From Nanobdellota archaeon (lineage in GTDB: Archaea > Nanobdellota > Nanobdellia > Parvarchaeales > Parvarchaeaceae), in assembly GCA_021852265.1 (NCBI GenBank), contig JAJZNV010000005.1:8402-72401 (forward strand): 64,000 nucleotides of DNA, given 5' to 3'. How positions within the stretch are numbered: the stretch's first letter is position 1; the number at the start of each line of letters is the position of its first letter. The notes beneath the pieces are model-generated. The model made no database searches, was not told the DNA's origin, and was given only the letters and a program-made list of their open reading frames with translations. Below are positions 19,509-29,345 of this stretch, piece after piece. A program made the position numbers and the translations under genes.

Positions 19509-20435
19509 ATGTTAGATAATACTGTGGTAGAAAATCTTATAATAATAGGTTCTGGTCCGGCGGGATACGCTGCGGCGGTATACGCCGTAAGGGACGAATT
19601 AAATCCGATACTTTTTAGGGGTTTCCAACCCGGAGGACAACTGATGCTTACCTCTGCAGTTGAGAATTATCCAGGCTTTGTGTCGATACAGGGGCCAGAA
19701 CTAATGGAGAACATGAGAAAACACGTAGAAAGCCTAAAATGCAGGATATTAGATGAAGATGTATCTGCAGTCGACTTGAACAGCTATCCTTATAAGATAA
19801 CTGCAGGAGGAACGGAGTATGAAACGCGTTCAATTATAATTGCTTCCGGAGCCAGTGCGAAATGGTTGGGGCTGGAAAATGAGAAAAGACTGATTGGAAA
19901 AGGCGTGTCTGGCTGTGCAGTATGCGATGGATTCTTCTTCAAAGGTAAGGAGGTGGTAGTCGTTGGCGGGGGAGACAGCGCCATGGAAGATGCATCGTAC
20001 CTCGCAAATATGGTAAAGAGCGTCACAATAATACATCGGAAAAGTGAATTTAGGGCAAGCAAAACGATGCAGGATAGAGTGTTGTCAGATCCAAAAATAA
20101 AAATCATATGGGACACTGTCGTAGAAGATGTGCTTGGTGAATCCAGGATATCTGGCTTAAAGATTAGGGACCTAAAAACAAACAAAATAAAAGAGCTAAA
20201 AACAGAGGGGCTCTTCATTGCGATAGGCCATTCACCGAATACTAAACTTTTTGAAGGAAAGCTGGACCTAGACGAGCTTGGCTACATCAAAACTCATGAT
20301 TTCACAAAAACAAGCAAATCCGGCGTGTTTGCAGCAGGGGATGTACAGGACAGGCACTATAAACAGGCGGTAATAGCTGCAGGCTGGGGTGCTATGGCTG
20401 CTATAGATGCAAGAGATTTCTTGTCAAAACGATGA
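19509..20435 (+). CDS. trxB: Thioredoxin-disulfide reductase
   Basis: IIGSGPAGYAAAVYA (FAD), redox-active CAVCDG, VVGGGDSAMEDA (NADPH), GVFAAGDV. Start taken at the ATG giving MLDNTVV. Confidence 0.85.
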   Translation: MLDNTVVENLIIIGSGPAGYAAAVYAVRDELNPILFRGFQPGGQLMLTSAVENYPGFVSIQGPELMENMRKHVESLKCRILDEDVSAVDLNSYPYKITAGGTEYETRSIIIASGASAKWLGLENEKRLIGKGVSGCAVCDGFFFKGKEVVVVGGGDSAMEDASYLANMVKSVTIIHRKSEFRASKTMQDRVLSDPKIKIIWDTVVEDVLGESRISGLKIRDLKTNKIKELKTEGLFIAIGHSPNTKLFEGKLDLDELGYIKTHDFTKTSKSGVFAAGDVQDRHYKQAVIAAGWGAMAAIDARDFLSKR

Positions 20436-20476
20436 ATTTTTAAGTTATTTATAATACTTGTGTTCATACATTCGGA

Positions 20477-21211
20477 ATGAAGCTAGATCTCGATGCGATT
20501 CTTAAAAGGATAGGTATACACATCTACAAACCAGAACTCTCATTTAAAAGGTTCTATGGTCTCGATAAGGTAGGATATTATGGTGCAATAACCTACCGGG
20601 AAACAAATGAAAAATATAGCAAGTCTAAGCTATTTAGCATATCTAGATTAAGCGGTATAAGGCAGGCAACTTTCATATGCGGCGGAGGAAACCAGGTATT
20701 AAAATTATCCGCGGAACTGATAAAAAACAATTACGGTATCAAGAGTATACAGGTAGTTGACTCAAAGGCAGCTCAGCTGGAAAATTTAGTAGGGTGGTTA
20801 GATGCATATAACGACACGGAAATACGTGAACAGGATAAATCGTCTATGTATCCAGAGGCACATCATGAACTAGGTCATTTAGATAAATTTAAGTTTCGGC
20901 GCAAGCTAAATTTTGATTTGTATAATGCTAATATTGAGGATTTTGTAAAGAACTTAAGCGGTAAAAATGTGCGGTTTATCTATCTTTCGAACGTGCATGA
21001 CTATATAGGACAGAATAACTTTAGAAATTTTATAGAATCGATTCTAAATAGCGAAGCGTTCGATTATGGAAGTGTTCTACTCATAGCACAAGCACACTCT
21101 TCAGAGCATTCCCTTCTAAAAAAAGTAGAGACTAACCATGGACCGCGTCTACTGTCGTACGGATTTCCATGGAAGAAAATCGACTACTTATCAGATATAT
21201 CTCTCTTCTAG
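20477..21211 (+). CDS. Hypothetical protein
   Basis: 244-aa ORF with no family recognised. Its last 20 codons include copy 1 of a 38-bp direct repeat. Confidence 0.4.
   Translation: MKLDLDAILKRIGIHIYKPELSFKRFYGLDKVGYYGAITYRETNEKYSKSKLFSISRLSGIRQATFICGGGNQVLKLSAELIKNNYGIKSIQVVDSKAAQLENLVGWLDAYNDTEIREQDKSSMYPEAHHELGHLDKFKFRRKLNFDLYNANIEDFVKNLSGKNVRFIYLSNVHDYIGQNNFRNFIESILNSEAFDYGSVLLIAQAHSSEHSLLKKVETNHGPRLLSYGFPWKKIDYLSDISLF
21150..21187. repeat. 38-bp direct repeat, copy 1 (tactgtcgtacggatttccatggaagaaaatcgactac)
   Basis: Identical string found again at 21223-21260 by direct comparison. Confidence 0.9.
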
Positions 21212-21222
21212 CATCGGCACTG

Positions 21223-21260
21223 TACTGTCGTACGGATTTCCATGGAAGAAAATCGACTAC
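21223..21260. repeat. 38-bp direct repeat, copy 2
   Basis: Identical to 21150-21187. The copies are separated by 35 bp that contain the stop codon of the upstream ORF. Confidence 0.9.
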
Positions 21261-21317
21261 CGCGAGATCTACATACCTTAATGTCAATGATATAAAACGA
21301 AGAAGACTATAATACAC

Positions 21318-22310
21318 ATGATTCTGGGTGGTTTAAACGAGGAGAGCCAGATTAGACGAGACTACCGAACTGGGCGCTTATGTATAATTGCGCCAAAGCG
21401 CAGCCGTCGTCCGATAGAACTACAGGAAACGGATATAAGCAGCATTGACCTATCGAAATGCCCGTTCGAAAGGGGAAATGAGACTCTTACGTCTGAGATA
21501 GCGCGATATGGAAATCCTTGGGAGATACGCGTTATAGCGAATAAATTCCCTGAGTTATCCGGTACAACCCCGTTTATGTCCAGTAAGACTGCAAAAGACC
21601 TCATAAACTATAGGGGAGGTTATGGCTACAATGAAGTAATTTTATTGAGTCCAAACCATTCAGATCTTATAGAAGAATTACCTCTAGATAAATTAGTAAG
21701 CTGGCTTAACGTGTTAATAGAACGTAGTGAGATATTATATTCCAGAAAATGGATAAGGTATGTTCAGATATTTTATAATTACGGTGCTGCAGGCGGCGCC
21801 AGTCTAAGTCATCCCCATGGTCAGATAATAGCATGGCCATTAATTGCAGGTACCGTAAGACGTGAAATAAAATTAGCTGGTAGGTACAAAGCCAAGAATG
21901 GCTCATGCATGTATGAAGACATATTTGATACGGAGAAAGGAAGGCTTCTCACCGAAAATAAAAATTTCTTTGCAATAGCCCCGTTCGGCTCAAGAATAAC
22001 TGCAGAATCTATGGTTGTTCCGAAAAGGCATATCGATTGTGTAGATAACCTAACATTGGAAGAGAAAAATGATTTTATGTCAATTTTAAAAACCGTATTG
22101 CGCACGAATAAGGGGTTATATGACAGGCATGCCTTTAATTTTACAATTCATGAGGTAAAAGATAACCCTGACTCCCATATGCATCTTGAGATTTATCCCA
22201 GGATGACTGCTCTAGCAGGGATAGAATTAGGCCAAGATATATTCGTAAATGCAATCTCTCCAGAAGAGTATTCTGAGGCATTCAGAGCCTATCCAATAAC
22301 GAATAATTAG
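21318..22310 (+). CDS. galT: Galactose-1-phosphate uridylyltransferase family (HIT-like) protein
   Basis: 330 aa. N-terminal Cys/His region and the active-site motif SLSHPHGQIIA (HxHxQ). Confidence 0.8.
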   Translation: MILGGLNEESQIRRDYRTGRLCIIAPKRSRRPIELQETDISSIDLSKCPFERGNETLTSEIARYGNPWEIRVIANKFPELSGTTPFMSSKTAKDLINYRGGYGYNEVILLSPNHSDLIEELPLDKLVSWLNVLIERSEILYSRKWIRYVQIFYNYGAAGGASLSHPHGQIIAWPLIAGTVRREIKLAGRYKAKNGSCMYEDIFDTEKGRLLTENKNFFAIAPFGSRITAESMVVPKRHIDCVDNLTLEEKNDFMSILKTVLRTNKGLYDRHAFNFTIHEVKDNPDSHMHLEIYPRMTALAGIELGQDIFVNAISPEEYSEAFRAYPITNN

Positions 22311-22489
22311 TTTTAGCATTTGTAATGTGGCATATAGCTAATCGCCAAAGACGCGTGTGATTAAAGCACTGGTTCTAAGCGCCTTTTTAGAAAACTTTAA
22401 ATACTACATCTATCTGTATAGTTAATTGTTATATGGGTTGACACCAAACGGTTCGCCCAAAACAGACTCAAATGGAGGTACTTTAATAT

Positions 22490-24127
22490 ATGGCAGAAGG
22501 AATACAACCGATTTTCATTTTACCGGAAGGATACACTAGGACAAGTGGAAAGGATGCGCAGCGGAACAATATAGCTGCAGCAAAGGCGATAGCAAACACG
22601 GTAAAATCCACACTTGGCCCAAGAGGTATGGATAAGATGCTGGTAGACAATATAGGCGATATAACGATAACGAATGATGGTGTGACCGTATTGAAGAGCA
22701 TGGAAGTAGAGAATCCTGCTGCAAAGATGATAGTAGAAGTTGCAAAAACACAGGAAGAAGAGGTCGGCGATGGTACAACGACTGCAGTTATAATCGCAGG
22801 AGAGTTGCTAAAGAGCGCAGAGACGCTACTGGATCAAGGCATACATTCAACGCTGGTAGCAAGGGGATATAGACTTGCCGTAAATGAAGCGCAAAGAATA
22901 CTCGAAAAACTTGGAATAAAATTGGATATAAACAAAAAAGAGGATCTATCTAAGATAGTCAAAACAGCTACCATCGGCAAGAGTACGGGCGCTGATGAAC
23001 ACATAATCTCGTTAATAGTGGACGCAATACGCCACGTAAAATCAGTTTCAGGAGAAAACAAGAATGTAGATCTGGATGATATAAAGATAGACAAGAAAGT
23101 CGGTGGCGGGCTCGGCGATTCAAAACTGATAAAGGGTGTCATAATCGATAAAGAAAAGGTACACCCGGATATGCCTGATACTGTCAAGAGCGCCAAAATT
23201 GCGCTGCTAAACATGGCACTGGAAATAGAGAAGACTAATATTGATGCACAGATACGCATAGAAAAGCCGGAGCAGTTGAGCGCATTTTTAGACGAAGAAG
23301 AGAGAATGCTGAAAGCGATGACCGATAAAGTAAAGAAATCCGGTGCGAATGTATTGATATGCCAGAAGGGAATAGATGACACCGCACAGCACTTCTTAGC
23401 AAAAGCAGGAATTCTCTCATTTAGACGTGTATCAGAGAATGATATGAAAAAGATAGGTAAGGCGACTGGAGCAAAGATAATTTCGACTCTCGATGAGCTT
23501 GACGGAGAGAGCCTTGGAATGGCAGGTGTGGTTAGGGTTGAAAAATTAGCTGGTGAGACATTAGCATTCATAGAAGAGTGTAAGAATCCTAAGGCAGTGA
23601 CTATACTGGTTAGGGGCGGAACCGAGCATGTGGTTGATGAGGTACAGCGAGCTATCGATGACAGCTTAGGTGATCTTAGATCGGTGATAGAGGATGATGG
23701 TGCGGTTGTCGCAGGAGGCGGTTCTTGTGAGATGGAAGTCTCTAAGCAGCTAAGAGATTTTGCCAAGAAGCTGGAAGGCAGAGAACAGCTAGCTGTGAAT
23801 GCATTTGCAGATTCTTTAGAGATAGTTGTTAAGACACTTGCTGAAAATGCTGGCTTAGACCCTATTGATATACTAGTGGACTTAAGAGCTGCCCACCAAA
23901 AAGGAAGAGTGTGGGCGGGTGTTAACCTATCTGATGTATACAAGCCTGGAGTATCCGATATGGATAAAGAAGGTGTTATAGAGCCGTTGAGGACTAAGAA
24001 ACAGGCGATAAAAAGTGCGGGGGAAGTAGCCATAATGATATTAAGAATAGATGATATAATCGCAGCGGGCAAATCTTCAAATCCGCAGCCCCAAATGCCT
24101 GGTGGAATGGGTGGAGGCTACGAGTAA
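22490..24127 (+). CDS. ths: Thermosome subunit (group II chaperonin)
   Basis: 545 aa. [48 protein letters not shown] and the C-terminal GGMGGG tail. Confidence 0.95.
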   Translation: MAEGIQPIFILPEGYTRTSGKDAQRNNIAAAKAIANTVKSTLGPRGMDKMLVDNIGDITITNDGVTVLKSMEVENPAAKMIVEVAKTQEEEVGDGTTTAVIIAGELLKSAETLLDQGIHSTLVARGYRLAVNEAQRILEKLGIKLDINKKEDLSKIVKTATIGKSTGADEHIISLIVDAIRHVKSVSGENKNVDLDDIKIDKKVGGGLGDSKLIKGVIIDKEKVHPDMPDTVKSAKIALLNMALEIEKTNIDAQIRIEKPEQLSAFLDEEERMLKAMTDKVKKSGANVLICQKGIDDTAQHFLAKAGILSFRRVSENDMKKIGKATGAKIISTLDELDGESLGMAGVVRVEKLAGETLAFIEECKNPKAVTILVRGGTEHVVDEVQRAIDDSLGDLRSVIEDDGAVVAGGGSCEMEVSKQLRDFAKKLEGREQLAVNAFADSLEIVVKTLAENAGLDPIDILVDLRAAHQKGRVWAGVNLSDVYKPGVSDMDKEGVIEPLRTKKQAIKSAGEVAIMILRIDDIIAAGKSSNPQPQMPGGMGGGYE

Positions 24128-24131
24128 TAAC

Positions 24132-24362
24132 ATGTCAGAAAATGCAAGGCCTTTGGATCTTTTGAATACCGCGAGGGGAAAGATGGTTTTGGTAGAACTA
24201 AAAAATAACCATGCTATCACAGGTAAGCTTGTAGCATTTGATGTGCACATAAACGTAACACTTGAAAATGCCGAGGAGAAAAAGGAAGGAGAGACACTAA
24301 GAAAACTTGGTAATGTATTTATTAGGGGAGACACCATAATACTGATATCACCGACTATATGA
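24132..24362 (+). CDS. Sm-like archaeal protein (SmAP/LSm)
   Basis: RPLDLL......V.VELKNNHAITGKLVAFDVHINVTLENAEE....LGNVFIRGDTIILI covers the Sm1 and Sm2 motifs. Confidence 0.8.
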   Translation: MSENARPLDLLNTARGKMVLVELKNNHAITGKLVAFDVHINVTLENAEEKKEGETLRKLGNVFIRGDTIILISPTI

Positions 24363-24541
24363 GTACAAAATCGATGGGTTTGCACAACAGGAAGCAACCC
24401 CATGTTCAATGTAGAAGATGTGGTAAAGAGTCATACCTTAAGCGAAAGCACTATTGTGCTCACTGCGGTTATGGTAGAACGGCTAAATTACGCGCGTATT
24501 CTTGGTTAAGCAAGAAGATAAATGGCGTAAGAAAATATTAA
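24359..24541 (+). CDS. rpl37e: 50S ribosomal protein L37e (eL37)
   Basis: 60 aa. HVQCRRCGKESYLKRKHYCAHCGYGRTAKLRAYSW is a zinc-ribbon eL37 pattern. Sm-L37e adjacency is typical of archaea. Confidence 0.85.
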   Translation: MSTKSMGLHNRKQPHVQCRRCGKESYLKRKHYCAHCGYGRTAKLRAYSWLSKKINGVRKY

Positions 24542-24562
24542 ATAAAAGTTTTCTGTAATTCT

Positions 24563-25288
24563 ATGAAATCTGGTTCAAAAGATGTTGTTCATGCCGTTAT
24601 TTTCGATTTTGATAATACACTAGTAAATACCCAGAAGGTGATAACAGATGCTTATAATCAGATATTTGAGGATATGAGTAAAAGACATGGCATTTCAAAA
24701 AAAATATTATCCTCAGAGATAGAGAAAATCGAGACAAAGATGGTGCGGAACGTTGATAAGACCAAAGAGAACTATGATAGAGGCAGCTGGTTTGAGATGC
24801 TGTCGAAGAATCTCAATATGGGCTTATCAAAAAAACAGATCAATAAGTATAGAGACAAGTTTTATTCTTATATGCTGGAGAATGTGGAATTCTCTGAGCA
24901 CACCGAAAGTATATTAGCAGACATAAAAGCGAGTGGCAAAAAAGTCGCTTTATTGACAGAAAAAGATGATGCTATCGAAGGATTCAAGCAGCACAGAGTG
25001 GAAAAATTGTCATTCTCGAGGCACTTCGATCTTATAGTAATCGCAGGAGACACAATACCGGAACGGAAGATTAGTCCCATAGCATTTTCAAAGACCGTCA
25101 AGATGTTAAACGTAAGTCCAAAAAATGTTTTGATGGTCGGGGATAGACTGGACATAGACGTAGAACATGGGAAAGAGGTAGGTATGCGTACAGTCCTGTT
25201 TAAGTCTTATGCATCATCTGGTACCGGGCTCTATAAACCAGATTATATCGTCTCAGATTTAAGAGAGATTTTGAGCATAATAAAATAG
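24563..25288 (+). CDS. HAD-superfamily hydrolase
   Basis: Motif I VIFDFDNTLV and motif IV MVGDRLDIDV. Confidence 0.75.
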   Translation: MKSGSKDVVHAVIFDFDNTLVNTQKVITDAYNQIFEDMSKRHGISKKILSSEIEKIETKMVRNVDKTKENYDRGSWFEMLSKNLNMGLSKKQINKYRDKFYSYMLENVEFSEHTESILADIKASGKKVALLTEKDDAIEGFKQHRVEKLSFSRHFDLIVIAGDTIPERKISPIAFSKTVKMLNVSPKNVLMVGDRLDIDVEHGKEVGMRTVLFKSYASSGTGLYKPDYIVSDLREILSIIK

Positions 25289-25383
25289 GGCCGGACTGCA
25301 GACGAATTTCTCTAATAAATAAAATTACGTCTATTCGTGTTAGAAAGGTATAAAAATAATGGTATATAATAACTATTACATGG

Positions 25384-26502
25384 ATGGAAACAATCTCTGG
25401 CTTATTAGAGGACAATGAGAAATTGGTTAGCCAGTTCCAGGCAAAACGTTTTTCTTCATTGAAAGAGTTTCCGGATTTTTATACTTTTGATAAAGGGCTG
25501 TTTTACTCACATAGAGACTTTGATACATTTTTCGAACGGCTCAAAAAAGGTGAAAAGTCGGCGATAGTTTCCGGTCTTAATCCTTCCGGCACTTTACAAT
25601 TAGGACACAAGGCAGTTTTCGATACAAATCTTTTGTTTCAAAAGAAGTACGGGATACCAGTATTCATTCCCCTGTCTGATGATGAGAGCTACGTTGCTAA
25701 AAAAGTGGATTCGCGGATGGATGCTGTAAAGCACGGCGTGAACCTTATAATTGACATATTAGCTTTTGGTTTTGATCCAAAATTAACGAAAGTGGTATTC
25801 GACTTTTATTTTACAGATATATTTAGCACTGCAATGAACCTATCCCGCCATGTAACGATGTCTGAAATAAAAGCGGTATATGGCTATCTGAACGAGGATA
25901 ACGTGGGGCTTCATTTTTACCCGACTATCCAGTCCGCACATGTCTTGCTCCCGCAGATAAGTTATGGAATAAAAAATGTATTAGTACCCATAGGAGCGGA
26001 TGAAGACTCTCACCTAAGACTTTGTAGGGACATTGCAAGCAGGATGGGATATAATAAGCCAGCGATACTGCACGCGAGGTTTATGCCCGGTATCGATGGG
26101 TTAAAAATGTCTAAATCTCGGCCCGAGTCAGCAATATTCTTGCATGACACTCCCGAGTCGGTCTCTAAAAAGATAAGCAGGGCTTTCAGTGGTGGAAGGG
26201 ATACTGTAGAGGAGCACCGTAAACTCGGTGGCAATCCGGATATCGATATATCATTCCTTTACCTATCCACGTACTTTCTGGATGCAAGTGAAGCGGAGAG
26301 GCTAAGGCAAGAATACACAAGCGGGAAGCTACTTAGTGGTGAACTTAAAAAGATGCTTACTGAAAAAATAGTTGACTTCAACGAAAAGTTTGAAGAAAGG
26401 CGTAAAAGAGTGGACTTCGGGCAGGTAAAAAGTGTACTGCTGGCAAATGAGCAAGATGGACGATTAGATGAAATCAAAAAGATTTTCGAACAGATAAAGT
26501 GA
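25384..26502 (+). CDS. trpS: Tryptophanyl-tRNA synthetase
   Basis: 372 aa, class I. HIGH-like GTLQLGH, KMSKS (LKMSKSRP), and GGRDTVEEHRKLGGNPDIDISF typical of archaeal/eukaryotic-type TrpRS. Confidence 0.8.
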   Translation: METISGLLEDNEKLVSQFQAKRFSSLKEFPDFYTFDKGLFYSHRDFDTFFERLKKGEKSAIVSGLNPSGTLQLGHKAVFDTNLLFQKKYGIPVFIPLSDDESYVAKKVDSRMDAVKHGVNLIIDILAFGFDPKLTKVVFDFYFTDIFSTAMNLSRHVTMSEIKAVYGYLNEDNVGLHFYPTIQSAHVLLPQISYGIKNVLVPIGADEDSHLRLCRDIASRMGYNKPAILHARFMPGIDGLKMSKSRPESAIFLHDTPESVSKKISRAFSGGRDTVEEHRKLGGNPDIDISFLYLSTYFLDASEAERLRQEYTSGKLLSGELKKMLTEKIVDFNEKFEERRKRVDFGQVKSVLLANEQDGRLDEIKKIFEQIK

Positions 26503-26555
26503 TGAATGGTAAGCTGCAGAGTAATATACACTATAATACACAATTGAGGAATGTA

Positions 26556-26762
26556 CCTGCCTAAATGCCACCCCGTGCGCGCTCTACGATTAAACGAGGC
26601 TATGGCGGGAAAGCCGTTCTCAGACGCTCATAGTGGGCTCTGTTCCAAATACAGTTGGTATATAGAGGCAGATAAAAATAAACGGTCACTCTTTCGATCC
26701 ACTTTTTTGGATAGGCGTAGAAAAGAGAGGTCCTCATGCGGATATCTGGGAAGGGCGGCAGG
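26556..26762. ncRNA. Candidate structured non-coding RNA (class unresolved; RNase P RNA or SRP RNA are possibilities)
   Basis: Visibly GC-elevated block in a 355-bp intergenic gap. The ends can pair (CCTGCC at 26556 with GGCAGG at 26757, extended by GCC/GGC and CCC/GGG). Internal hairpins GCTATG...CATAGT and ATCCA...TGGAT. Contains GGGAAAGCCG, which recalls the RNase P CR-I GGAAAGUCCG. The overlapping 85-aa ORF does not look protein-like. Confidence 0.3.
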
Positions 26763-26857
26763 GAAAGAAATTAAAATTCACAAACTGTATTTAGTGAAAA
26801 AGCCCTAAATTACATATATCTAAAGTTTTATATATAAGTACTACTCTTAAGTAATAT

Positions 26858-27586
26858 ATGATAAAAGAAAATCGGATTAGTAATGACTTAGACTCCCTAG
26901 TTTCTGATGGTCGAAAGCATGAAAAACCGCTCGAAGCTGCGTTACTAACCGAAGACCTTAGTAAATATGATATCATACTCGTTGGGGAGGCTCATACAAG
27001 TTTGGGGGATAAACTTTATGAATTAGAACTATTGAAAAAGTACAAGCCGGAATATCTGCTTTCAGAAGGGTTTGGCTGGAGTGATTTAGATTCGGATATG
27101 TGGTTACCCGAAGCCACTCAAGCGTTCGGGATAGTACAGATTGGTGTCGATGTAAATCAGTATATACATACGAACTGGCCGTTCGTAGAGAATTTAAATG
27201 CGCCGGGCGCAAACATTTATGAAAAAATCAACAACACACCCAAATTCCTCTCAGATCGCATAAGAGCGTATTTTAAAAACCCGAATGAAGAAACACTTAA
27301 ACAAAAAGACGAAGCAATCAGGGATCAGAAAAATGTGCTAAAATTTCATCGTTGGGCAACCGCCATGACTAAACATAGGGAGACTGCAATGAGCGAGAAT
27401 ATAGTTAGCTATGTTAACAATCGATTTACAAAAAATAGCCCTCTTATAGCAATTATTGGTCATCATCACTTGGATACCCCTCCAGAACATAAGAAACTGC
27501 CGATTATTCTAGAAAACCTTGAAAAAAGTGGGATAAAATATATGGTTATAATTTTGTCGCACGAAAATAGTTTAGCGCCGTTATAA
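26858..27586 (+). CDS. Hypothetical protein (weak TraB/GumN/Tiki-like GxxH signatures)
   Basis: 242 aa. ILVGEAHTS and IIGHHHL resemble the paired motifs of that superfamily. The call is weak. Confidence 0.3.
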   Translation: MIKENRISNDLDSLVSDGRKHEKPLEAALLTEDLSKYDIILVGEAHTSLGDKLYELELLKKYKPEYLLSEGFGWSDLDSDMWLPEATQAFGIVQIGVDVNQYIHTNWPFVENLNAPGANIYEKINNTPKFLSDRIRAYFKNPNEETLKQKDEAIRDQKNVLKFHRWATAMTKHRETAMSENIVSYVNNRFTKNSPLIAIIGHHHLDTPPEHKKLPIILENLEKSGIKYMVIILSHENSLAPL

Positions 27587-27773
27587 ATCCGAATGTGCAA
27601 CTTTATGGGCGGAAAACTCCGTGCCCAATTTTCGTAGTCCTGACCTTATCCCGTTCTTCTCAAGGAAGAAGAAGTTCTTCCTTGTAGTTATGCACACACA
27701 TAGTTAATTGGAAAATCAGAAAAAGTTTAGTTTTCTTTGTGTTTGCAAAAATACCCAAAGGCCGTTTCACAAT

Positions 27774-28073
27774 TTAAGCGTAGGATATCTTAACAGACTG
27801 ACCGTCTGCTGCCTTTTTTAGTTTCTTAATCAAGTCATTCCACTGTTTATCTGACCAAGCATGCTTTTCACGTGCATATCTAAAATTATCAGAAGGAAAA
27901 CCATCAATTGCACGGCACTTTGTACAGTATGTCGGCATAAACGTTATATAGCCGCCGTCTTTTAAGGGAATGTCAAATTCTAAACTGACTATAGAATAGT
28001 CATGTTGGCACAGACTAACTTTACTGCTATTCCCAGCACTAAGCCCATCCTCTAATTTATTATTGCGTTTCAT
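27774..28073 (-). CDS. Hypothetical small protein with Cys/His cluster
   Basis: 99-aa ORF. CQHDY...CTKCRAIDG may bind metal. Confidence 0.35.
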   Translation of the reverse strand: MKRNNKLEDGLSAGNSSKVSLCQHDYSIVSLEFDIPLKDGGYITFMPTYCTKCRAIDGFPSDNFRYAREKHAWSDKQWNDLIKKLKKAADGQSVKISYA

Positions 28074-28278
28074 ATCCTCTCTTTAACATTAGATATTCGC
28101 GTGGCTATATAAATATTATTGAACTCGCATTAAAAATGTCGTACCTTAGAATTATACAATGAACGGTGCCATTTTATATATCTCATACTTTGGCGCTTTT
28201 AAAAGTAAGACTATCTACACAAAGCCCCATGCCATTAAAACTATTTATACTAGTAATTATCTATAATTATAAGTAATT

Positions 28279-28503
28279 ATGAAAAAAACAAATAAGGTAG
28301 AATTTACGACAGTATCAATACCAAAACCTTTGGCAGAAAAGGTAAAAAAAATTATAGAGAAAACAGGATTTACCTCTCTTTCGGGTTTTGTTGAATACAT
28401 ACTGAGGGAGATAGTCTCAGAAGAGAAATCTGGGTCTGGAAAACACAGTAAAGAAGACGTACGAGGCGTCGAAGAAAAATTAAGACGTCTTGGGTATATG
28501 TGA
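28279..28503 (+). CDS. Ribbon-helix-helix (CopG-like) DNA-binding protein
   Basis: 74 aa. Beta strand FTTVSIP followed by two helices (PLAEKVKKIIEKTGFTSLSGFVEYILREI). C-terminal EEKLRRLGYM. Confidence 0.6.
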   Translation: MKKTNKVEFTTVSIPKPLAEKVKKIIEKTGFTSLSGFVEYILREIVSEEKSGSGKHSKEDVRGVEEKLRRLGYM

Positions 28504-28511
28504 GGTGTAAT

Positions 28512-29342
28512 ATGGAAAAACAAGAATTTTCGATGGGATCAAGAAGAGTTGAAGCTGGTCTAAGTTTAGACGCAAAAGAAGATATGGCTTTTGTGGTAAT
28601 AAAGGATGCTCTAAAAAGATATAAACGACCAACAATTGTCTGGAGTGCTGGGAAAGATAGCACTGTGGTTTTGGATCTTGTTAAAAGAGTTTGTAAAGAA
28701 TTAAAGATGGCAATACCGCCGGCGTTGTTTATTGACCACGGCCAGCACTACGATGAAACCATGGAAATGCTGAAGGAAATCAGCAAAAAATGGGGATTTA
28801 AAATGCTATACGCGAGAAATGAGGATGTATTGAGCAAAGTAGGTAAAAATAATAAGATAAAAATAAGTGCGCTAAATGATCTGAATCAAAAAGAAGCGAA
28901 AAGAATAGGCTATGAGAAACCGGAGATGGACTATGACCTAGAAACAGAAGTTGGAAATCACCTGCTTAAGACGGTAGCTATGAATCTGGCAATAGAGAAA
29001 TATAGGTTCGATGCTCTTTTCACAGGCGTCAGATGGGATGAGAATGAAGCGCGATCGGGTGAAGTATTTATAAGCCCTAGAACCCATCCGGATCATGTAC
29101 GTGTTCAGCCTATTCTCCCATTTACAGAGAGAAATATATGGCAATACATGTTCAAATATAAACTGCCGATTCATCCGCTTTATAAGCAGGGATACAGATC
29201 TATAGACGGTAAACTCGACTCAAAGAAAACGAGCGACCTTCCTGCCTGGGAGCAAGATTTGGAACACACTAAAGAAAGGGCCGGGCGTTCTCAGGATAAA
29301 GAAGGTGTAATGGAGAAACTTAGAATGTTTGGTTATATGTGA
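28512..29342 (+). CDS. PAPS reductase/CysD-like PP-loop ATP pyrophosphatase family protein
   Basis: PP-loop VWSAGKDSTVVLDL and CysD-like C-terminus ERAGRSQDKEGVMEKLRMFGYM. GTG at 28500 is an alternative start. Confidence 0.75.
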   Translation: MEKQEFSMGSRRVEAGLSLDAKEDMAFVVIKDALKRYKRPTIVWSAGKDSTVVLDLVKRVCKELKMAIPPALFIDHGQHYDETMEMLKEISKKWGFKMLYARNEDVLSKVGKNNKIKISALNDLNQKEAKRIGYEKPEMDYDLETEVGNHLLKTVAMNLAIEKYRFDALFTGVRWDENEARSGEVFISPRTHPDHVRVQPILPFTERNIWQYMFKYKLPIHPLYKQGYRSIDGKLDSKKTSDLPAWEQDLEHTKERAGRSQDKEGVMEKLRMFGYM

Positions 29343-29345
29343 GAT

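Noticed and set aside
22834-24072. 412-aa ORF antisense to the thermosome gene
   Set aside because: It is a Ser/Ile/Phe-rich, low-complexity shadow ORF lying entirely within a very confidently assigned chaperonin gene. This is typical antisense-frame openness in an AT-rich genome.
26551-26808. 85-aa ORF as a protein-coding gene
   Set aside because: The sequence is highly basic, irregular and not protein-like, and the region's local GC elevation and self-complementarity fit a structured RNA better. It is reported instead as a low-confidence ncRNA candidate.
27661-27684. Hairpin caaggaaga-agaagt-tcttccttg between convergent genes as an intrinsic terminator
   Set aside because: Archaeal termination generally relies on T-tracts rather than bacterial-style hairpins. 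A single 9-bp stem in AT-rich DNA is weak evidence.
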